Shown here: one piece after another, positions 24,529-30,128 of the stretch
Layout of the letters: every line of letters starts with the position of its first letter
Position numbering within the stretch: position 1 is the stretch's first letter
DNA from: a virus
Taxonomy: Duplodnaviria > Caudoviricetes
Length of the DNA: 30,128 bases
Virus record (IMG/VR): IMGVR_UViG_3300048892_000056
Location: 1-30,128 of that record
Strand: one strand, 5' to 3'
Notes under the pieces: model-generated
The model's database searches: none
What the model was told of the DNA's origin: nothing
The model's input: only the letters and a program-made list of their open reading frames with translations
Position numbers and translations under genes: made by a program

Positions 24529-26385
24529 ATGGCGCGCCGGACCAAACGACCTAAAAGGCGCACGACCAAACGCCCGGCCACGCCGCGCAAGCGGCGGGTG
24601 GGTCGGCCGCGGGTTAGTGACGCCGAGAAAGCGCGCCGCGGGACGTTCCAGCCTGGTAAGCAGCGGGTGAGCCGCCGGTCACGGCGGCGGTTGATCGCCG
24701 TCCCGAGGGCATCGTCACGCGATTACGGGGCGGTGGCACGCCAGTACGCGCTCGACGTGCTGAGCGGCCGGATCCCGGCCTGTCAGTGGGTGTGGCTCGC
24801 CTGCGAGCGCCAGGACCGCGACCTGATGCGGGCCACGACCGATCCCGCCTGGCCGTATGTCTGGAGCGACGCGCACGCGGTCGAGGCGTGCACGTTCCTC
24901 GAGCAGCTGCCGCACGTCGAGGGGACGTGGGCGACCGAGACGATCCAGCTCGAGCCCTGCCAGGTGTTCTGGGTCTCGGTCCTGTTCGGGTGGCGGCACC
25001 GGGCGCACCTCGCGCGGCGGCGGTTCACGATCTGGTATCTCGAGATCGGGCGCAAGGCCGCCAAGTCGACGTTGATGGCGGGCCTCGCGCTGTTTCACGT
25101 GCTGAAGGAATTCGAGCCGGGCGCGTCGGTCGTCTGCGGCGCGACGACGGGCAGCCAGGCGCGGATCGTGTTCGGGATCGCCCAGCGCATGGTGCAACGG
25201 TCGCCGTGGCTCCGCGCGCAGGGGCTCGAGGCGCTCGCCAATGCCATCGTGACGCCGGACGGGTCGATCAAGCCGGTCAATGCGAAGGCCTCGACGCAGG
25301 ACGGCCTGAACCCGAGCTGCATCGTGCTCGACGAGAGTCACGCGCAGAAGTTTGGCTTGCACGACGTGTTGAAATCAGCGCAAGGCGCGCGGCGCAATCC
25401 GTTGATGCTCTGTCCGACGACGGCCGGGTACGATCTGCTCTCAGTCGGCTATGCGTTGCGGACGACATTGACCAAGGTCCTGCAACAGGTGTTCGCGGCC
25501 GAGCACTTTTTCGGGCTGATCTACACGCTCGACGAGGGCGACGACTGGCGCGACGCGCGCGTCTGGGAGAAGGCGAACCCGATGATCGGGACGACGCCGA
25601 CGCGCGACTGGGTGCAGGCGTACTGTGCCGATGCCCAGGTGACGCCCGGCCTCGAGGGCGAATTTCGCGTGAAGGTGTGTTCAGAATGGCTGCAGAGCGC
25701 CAAGACCTGGCTCTCGATGTCGCGGTGGGATGCCTGCGCGGATGAGACGCTGCGCCTCGAGCAGTTCGCCGGCGAGCGGTGCTGGATCGGCGGCGACCTG
25801 GCGCAACTCGACGACCTGGCCGCGGTCGCGCTCTGTTTCGAGCGTGCCGGCGACATCATCGCGTTTGTGAAGTGTTACCTGCCGCGCGACGTCGTCGCGG
25901 AACGGGCGCGCACGGTGCCGGCGTATCTGGCCTGGGTGCAGGCCGGAATCCTCGAAATGACCGAGGGCACGATGATCGACTACGCGCGGATCGAGGCCGA
26001 CATCCGCGCCTGGTGCCGCCAGTTTGTGGTCGCGGCGTTGCGGTTCGATCAGTACGGCTCGGCGGGGATTCTCTCGAGTCTGGTCGGCGATGGGTTCCCG
26101 GCGGCGATTCTCGACAAGTCGCGCAAGACGTTCACGCCGCCGGCCCGCGAGCTCGAGAGCCGCGTCAAACATCGCCGGTTTCGGCACGACGGCAACCCGT
26201 GCCTGAAGTGGATGGCGAGTAACGCGGTGGTCACGCGCGGCGTCGACGACTCGATCATCCCGAAGAAAGAGGGGCCGGAATCGCCGAACAAGATCGACGG
26301 GATCGACGCGATTTTGCAGGCGATGAGTGCCATGCTGACGCCGGCCGCGGCGCCGCCGAGCTATTCGATGACCGTCTTCGGGTGA
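24529..26385 (+). CDS. terL: Terminase large subunit with basic N-terminal extension
   Basis: Walker A GRKAAKS, Walker B CIVLDESH, TTAG, W.KANP, nuclease G.DLA..DD and KIDG.DA; AGGA RBS before ATG 24529. Confidence 0.93.
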   Translation: MARRTKRPKRRTTKRPATPRKRRVGRPRVSDAEKARRGTFQPGKQRVSRRSRRRLIAVPRASSRDYGAVARQYALDVLSGRIPACQWVWLACERQDRDLMRATTDPAWPYVWSDAHAVEACTFLEQLPHVEGTWATETIQLEPCQVFWVSVLFGWRHRAHLARRRFTIWYLEIGRKAAKSTLMAGLALFHVLKEFEPGASVVCGATTGSQARIVFGIAQRMVQRSPWLRAQGLEALANAIVTPDGSIKPVNAKASTQDGLNPSCIVLDESHAQKFGLHDVLKSAQGARRNPLMLCPTTAGYDLLSVGYALRTTLTKVLQQVFAAEHFFGLIYTLDEGDDWRDARVWEKANPMIGTTPTRDWVQAYCADAQVTPGLEGEFRVKVCSEWLQSAKTWLSMSRWDACADETLRLEQFAGERCWIGGDLAQLDDLAAVALCFERAGDIIAFVKCYLPRDVVAERARTVPAYLAWVQAGILEMTEGTMIDYARIEADIRAWCRQFVVAALRFDQYGSAGILSSLVGDGFPAAILDKSRKTFTPPARELESRVKHRRFRHDGNPCLKWMASNAVVTRGVDDSIIPKKEGPESPNKIDGIDAILQAMSAMLTPAAAPPSYSMTVFG

Positions 26386-26396
26386 AGGGGGACACC

Positions 26397-26606
26397 ATGA
26401 GCAAACGGCCCACCGGGCGCCCGCCGATCGGCGAGGGACCCGCGACCGCGCGCGTGCAATTGCGCGTGACACCGGCGCAACGCCTCGAGCTCCGGCGGGT
26501 TGCGAGCGAGAATCGGACGGGCGTGTCGGGGATCCTGCGCGAGGCGGTCAACGAATACGTCGCGGATTACCGCGAGCGCCGGGCTTTTGTACGTACGAAA
26601 ATCTAA
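26397..26606 (+). CDS. Ribbon-helix-helix (CopG/Arc-like) DNA-binding protein
   Basis: GRPP, then RVQLRV strand and helices ..LRRVA..VSGILREAVNEY; AAGGGGG RBS. Confidence 0.75.
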   Translation: MSKRPTGRPPIGEGPATARVQLRVTPAQRLELRRVASENRTGVSGILREAVNEYVADYRERRAFVRTKI

Positions 26607-26627
26607 CCGGGCCGTAGGCTGTAGCGC

Positions 26628-28523
26628 GTGCCCCTCACGCGCGCCTACGCGCTCCTGACCATCAAGGCCGTTGACCCCCAGCAACGGACGATCGCGGGCA
26701 TCGCCTCGACGCCCGAACCCGATCGGATGGGCGACGTCGTCGAGCCGCTGGGCATCACCTACAAGAATCCGCTCCCGCTGCTGCTGTACCACGATACGAA
26801 AAAGCCGGTCGGGACGGTCACGTTCAAGAAACCGACCGCGGAGGGCCTCGAATTCACCGCGAGTCTGCCCACGCTGGCCGACCCCGGGCCGCTGCGGGAT
26901 CGCATCGAGGAAGCCTGGCAGAGCATCAAGGCCGGGCTCCTGGCCGGCGTCTCGATCGGATTCCGGTCGCTCGAGGAGGCGTTCTCCAAAGAGACCGGCG
27001 GGTTCCGGTTTCTGAAAACCGAGATCCTCGAGCTCTCGCTCGTCGCGATTCCGGCGAATGCCGGCGCGACGATTCACACAATCAAAGCCCTCGACCTGGC
27101 CGCGCCTGGCCCTCATCCGTCCCGCGACAGGGACTCCCTCCCGATCGTGCGCGTCGATAAGGGCGCGCCTCGTATGGAACAGAAAACCATCAACGAACAG
27201 ATCACGACGTTCGAGAACAGCCGCGCCGCCAAGCACGCCCGGATGACGGCGATCATGACGAAATCGGCCGAGGCCGGCGCGACCCTGGACCAGGCCGAGA
27301 CCGACGAATACGACGGGCTCACCGCGGAGCTCAAGGCCATCGACGCGCATCTCGTGCGCCTGCACGCGCTCGAGGCGACCACGATCGCGAAGGCGACGCC
27401 GATCACGGCGGCGACGGCCGACGACGCCAGCAAACAGCGCGGCGGCGTGCCGATCATCTCGGTCAAGGCCAACGTCCCACCCGGGTCCGCGTTCATTCGC
27501 TACTGCCAGGCGCTCGCGGTCGCGAAGGGCTCGACGCTCCAGGCGGTCGAGTACGCGAAACGCTGGCAGGACTCCACGCCCGAAGTGGAGCTCGTGCTCA
27601 AGGCCGCGGTGGCCGCCGGCACGACGACCGATGCGACGTGGGCCGGCCCGCTCGCGCCGATCAAACCGATTACCGATGAATTCATCGCCTTGCTGCGGCC
27701 GGCGACGATTCTCGGCCGCGTGTCCGGGTTCGTCAAAGTGCCGTTCAACGTCTCGGTCGCCGCGCAGACCGGCGGCGGCACGTACCAGTGGGTCGGCCAG
27801 GGCGCCCCGAAGCCGGTCGGCAAACTGGCCTTCGCGACCGTCACGCTGGGCATCACCAAGGCGGCCGGGATCATCGTGATCACCGAGGAGCTCGCGCGCA
27901 CGTCGACGCCGTCGGCCGAGGACGTCATCCGGCGCGACATGATCGCCGGGATCGCCGCGTATCTCGACCAGCAGTTCATCGACCCGGCGGTCGCGGCCGT
28001 GGCCGGCGTGTCGCCCGGCTCGGTCACCAACGGCGTGACGCCGATCACGACCGCCGGCCCGACGCCGGCCAACGCGCGCACGGACATCCAGGCGCTCGCC
28101 GCCGCCATGACGGCGCTCGGCATTTCGACCAGCGGCGCGGTCGTCGTGCTGTCGGAAACCAACGCGCTCGCGTTTACCAACGCGCTGAACCCGCTCGGGC
28201 AGCCGTTGTTCCCCGGCGCCACGCAGACCGGCGGCACGATCCTGGGCTACCAAGCGGTCGCCTCGCAGGCTGCCGGCACGACCGTCGCGCTCATCCAGCC
28301 GAACGCGATCCTCTACGCCGACGATGGCGGCGTGACGATCGACATCTCGCGCGAGGCCTCGCTGCAGATGGACACGGTGCTCGACAATCCGCCGCTGGCG
28401 ACGTCGCTCTACACGTCGCTCTGGCAGAACAACCTCGTCGGCCTGCGCGCCGAGCGGTTCATCAACTGGAAGAAGGCGCGCACCGGCGTCGTGCAGTACA
28501 CGGTCGCGACCTACGCCGCGTAA
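26628..28523 (+). CDS. Prohead protease - major capsid protein fusion (HK97 fold)
   Basis: Protease motifs GIAST...DR.GD, LL.HD..PVG, GVSIGF, ELSLV.IPAN; coiled-coil scaffold; capsid motifs WVGQG..KP, SLWQNNLVGLRAER.INW. Confidence 0.93.
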   Translation: MPLTRAYALLTIKAVDPQQRTIAGIASTPEPDRMGDVVEPLGITYKNPLPLLLYHDTKKPVGTVTFKKPTAEGLEFTASLPTLADPGPLRDRIEEAWQSIKAGLLAGVSIGFRSLEEAFSKETGGFRFLKTEILELSLVAIPANAGATIHTIKALDLAAPGPHPSRDRDSLPIVRVDKGAPRMEQKTINEQITTFENSRAAKHARMTAIMTKSAEAGATLDQAETDEYDGLTAELKAIDAHLVRLHALEATTIAKATPITAATADDASKQRGGVPIISVKANVPPGSAFIRYCQALAVAKGSTLQAVEYAKRWQDSTPEVELVLKAAVAAGTTTDATWAGPLAPIKPITDEFIALLRPATILGRVSGFVKVPFNVSVAAQTGGGTYQWVGQGAPKPVGKLAFATVTLGITKAAGIIVITEELARTSTPSAEDVIRRDMIAGIAAYLDQQFIDPAVAAVAGVSPGSVTNGVTPITTAGPTPANARTDIQALAAAMTALGISTSGAVVVLSETNALAFTNALNPLGQPLFPGATQTGGTILGYQAVASQAAGTTVALIQPNAILYADDGGVTIDISREASLQMDTVLDNPPLATSLYTSLWQNNLVGLRAERFINWKKARTGVVQYTVATYAA

Positions 28524-28536
28524 CCAAGGGGGTCAC

Positions 28537-28770
28537 GTGGACCGGATCCCGATGATCGTCCAGCGTGCCGGGTACTGGGACGGCCAGTACCCGCAGGCCG
28601 GCGACACGATTACCGTCGACGACCCGGCGCACGTCGAGACGCTCGAGCGCGCCGGGTTCGCCGTCCGGAGTGAGGACCCAGCATGGCCGGAGAGTCCGTC
28701 GACGTCATCGCCCGCCTCTATCACACCGTCGACGGCGTCCCGCACGCCGAAGGCGAAACGTACGCCGTAA
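28537..28770 (+). CDS. Small head-associated protein
   Basis: AAGGGGG RBS; GDTITV...ETLERAGF motif shared with the next gene. Confidence 0.6.
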   Translation: MDRIPMIVQRAGYWDGQYPQAGDTITVDDPAHVETLERAGFAVRSEDPAWPESPSTSSPASITPSTASRTPKAKRTP

Positions 28771-29156
28771 CCACGCGCGCGCTCGCGGAAACGCTGCGCG
28801 GGATCGGGTTCGTCTCGATCGTCGGCTGGACCGAGGGCCCGATCGCGCCGCCGACGATCACGGCCCTGACCCCGGCCACCGCGGCGCTCGGCGCGCCCGA
28901 TTTCACGCTGCACGTCGCCGGGACCGAATTCGGCGCCGACAGCGTGATCGTCTGGAACGACGACGACGCGCCGACGACCGTCGTCTCGCCGACGGAACTC
29001 ACGACCGAGGTCGCGATGGCGACCGTGACGACCGCGGGCGCGATCCCCGTCCAGGTCCGCAGTAACGGCAACCTCTCGGAGCCGGCGTCGTTCACCGTCA
29101 CCGAGACGCGGCGCACGCCGCCCGCGCCGCCGCCCCCGTACGGCCCCAGCCGGTAA
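28683..29156 (+). CDS. Head-associated protein with IPT/TIG-like Ig domain
   Basis: GAGGA RBS; PTITALTP....G...TL.V.G..F...SVI.W....TT.VS.TEL Ig/IPT pattern. Confidence 0.7.
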   Translation: MAGESVDVIARLYHTVDGVPHAEGETYAVTTRALAETLRGIGFVSIVGWTEGPIAPPTITALTPATAALGAPDFTLHVAGTEFGADSVIVWNDDDAPTTVVSPTELTTEVAMATVTTAGAIPVQVRSNGNLSEPASFTVTETRRTPPAPPPPYGPSR

Positions 29157-30128
29157 TGGCGACGGTCCGGCTGCAGGTGTTCGGCCGCGCGCTCGAGCTC
29201 ACCGCCAAGGCCGCGCCGCTGACCGCGCCCAACGGGCTCGACAGCACGCGCGGCGGCTGGTTTCCGCTCGTCGTGCGCGAACCCTACACCGGCGCCTGGC
29301 AAGTCAACGTCGAGGGCCGCCGCGACACGGCGCTGGCGTACTCCGCGGTGTTCTCCTGCGTCACGCTGATCGCCTCCGATATCGGCAAGCTCTGTCTGCA
29401 GCTCGTCGAGCGCACGGACGAGGACATCTGGGAGCCGACCGAGTCGCCGGCCTTCTCGCCCGTGCTGCGCAAGCCGAACCGCTACCAGACGATCAACAAG
29501 TTCGTGGAGCAGTGGATCACCTCGAAGCTGATCTGGGGCAACACGTACGTGCTGAAGCAGCGCGATGCCCGCGGCGTCGTCACGGCGCTCTACGTGCTCG
29601 ATCCCTGTCGCGTCAAGCCGCTCGTCGCGCCCGATGGCGGCATCTACTACGAGCTCCGCCGCGATGATCTCTCGGGCGAGCTCGCCGGCCTGACCCAGGA
29701 ATCGGTCATCCTGCCGGCGCGGGAACTCATTCACGACACGATGGTCTGCCTGTTCCATCCGCTGGTCGGCGTCTCGCCGATCTTCGCGTGCGGCCTGGCC
29801 GCGATGCAGGGGCTGGCGATTCAACAGACCTCGGGCCAGTTCTTCACCAACGGCAGCCGGCCGAGCGGCATCCTCACGGCCCCGGCCGGGATGACGCCCG
29901 AGCAGCTCGGCCAGGCCAAGACGGACTGGGAAACCTTCAATGGCCCGGCGAATGCCGGCAAGGTCGCCGTCATCACCGCCGACATCAAGTTCACGCCGCT
30001 GACGATGAACGCCGTCGATGCGCAGTTGATCGAGCAACTGAAGTGGACGGCGGAAACGGTCTGCAGTTGCTATCACGTCCAGCCGTACATGATCGGCGTC
30101 GGCCCGCCGCCGCCGTACGCGAACGTCG
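29156..30128 (+). CDS. Portal protein, N-terminal part (absent from the ORF track because it runs off the end)
   Basis: ATG overlaps upstream TAA; REPYTGAWQ, AVFSCV.LIA.DI, LRKPN.YQ, GN.Y, G.SP, FF.NG.RP.G motifs; in frame with 4..600. Confidence 0.92.
   Translation, partial: MATVRLQVFGRALELTAKAAPLTAPNGLDSTRGGWFPLVVREPYTGAWQVNVEGRRDTALAYSAVFSCVTLIASDIGKLCLQLVERTDEDIWEPTESPAFSPVLRKPNRYQTINKFVEQWITSKLIWGNTYVLKQRDARGVVTALYVLDPCRVKPLVAPDGGIYYELRRDDLSGELAGLTQESVILPARELIHDTMVCLFHPLVGVSPIFACGLAAMQGLAIQQTSGQFFTNGSRPSGILTAPAGMTPEQLGQAKTDWETFNGPANAGKVAVITADIKFTPLTMNAVDAQLIEQLKWTAETVCSCYHVQPYMIGVGPPPPYANV
30002..30128 (+). repeat. Terminal direct repeat, copy 2
   Basis: Identical to 1-127. Confidence 0.97.

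Larger units (their letters stand above)
1..30128. mobile_element. Complete temperate siphovirus genome (excised/circular form, 30,001 bp unit)
   Basis: Head, tail, integration, immunity, recombination and replication modules all present; 127-bp exact terminal overlap; portal ORF continuous across the ends; intact attP beside the integrase. Confidence 0.95.

Noticed and set aside
30002-30128. Terminal repeat as a biological direct terminal repeat
   Set aside because: It falls mid-portal and is exactly 127 bp, a common assembler k-mer length, so it is best read as circular overlap

Overview
This window is an apparently complete, circularly permuted genome of a small, high-GC temperate siphovirus. 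Bases 1-127 are repeated exactly at 30002-30128, giving a unit length of 30,001 bp, and the portal gene spans the junction. Around the circle the order is: HNH nuclease, large terminase, RHH regulator, protease/major-capsid fusion, two small head proteins, portal, head-tail joining genes, tail tube, tail chaperone with a -1 frameshift, tape measure, tail tip and fibres, two large uncharacterised enzyme-like genes and a holin-like gene. A leftward accessory block follows (membrane protein, BrnA, BrnT, and a Zn-ribbon gene bracketed by ~27-bp inverted repeats). Next come attP (3' part of initiator tRNA-Met), a tyrosine integrase, a cI/cro switch, a Xis-like gene, and recombination, replication and methyltransferase genes. 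The most unusual observations are: the inverted-repeat-flanked Zn-ribbon cassette beside attP; a three-gene brnT-brnA-membrane protein operon; no stand-alone small terminase but a TerS-like peptide on TerL; no recognisable endolysin; a nested repeat architecture in the tail tip; and a replication locus split by one amber codon beside 11-bp-phased repeats. Functional calls rest on motif recognition and synteny only; no searches were run.
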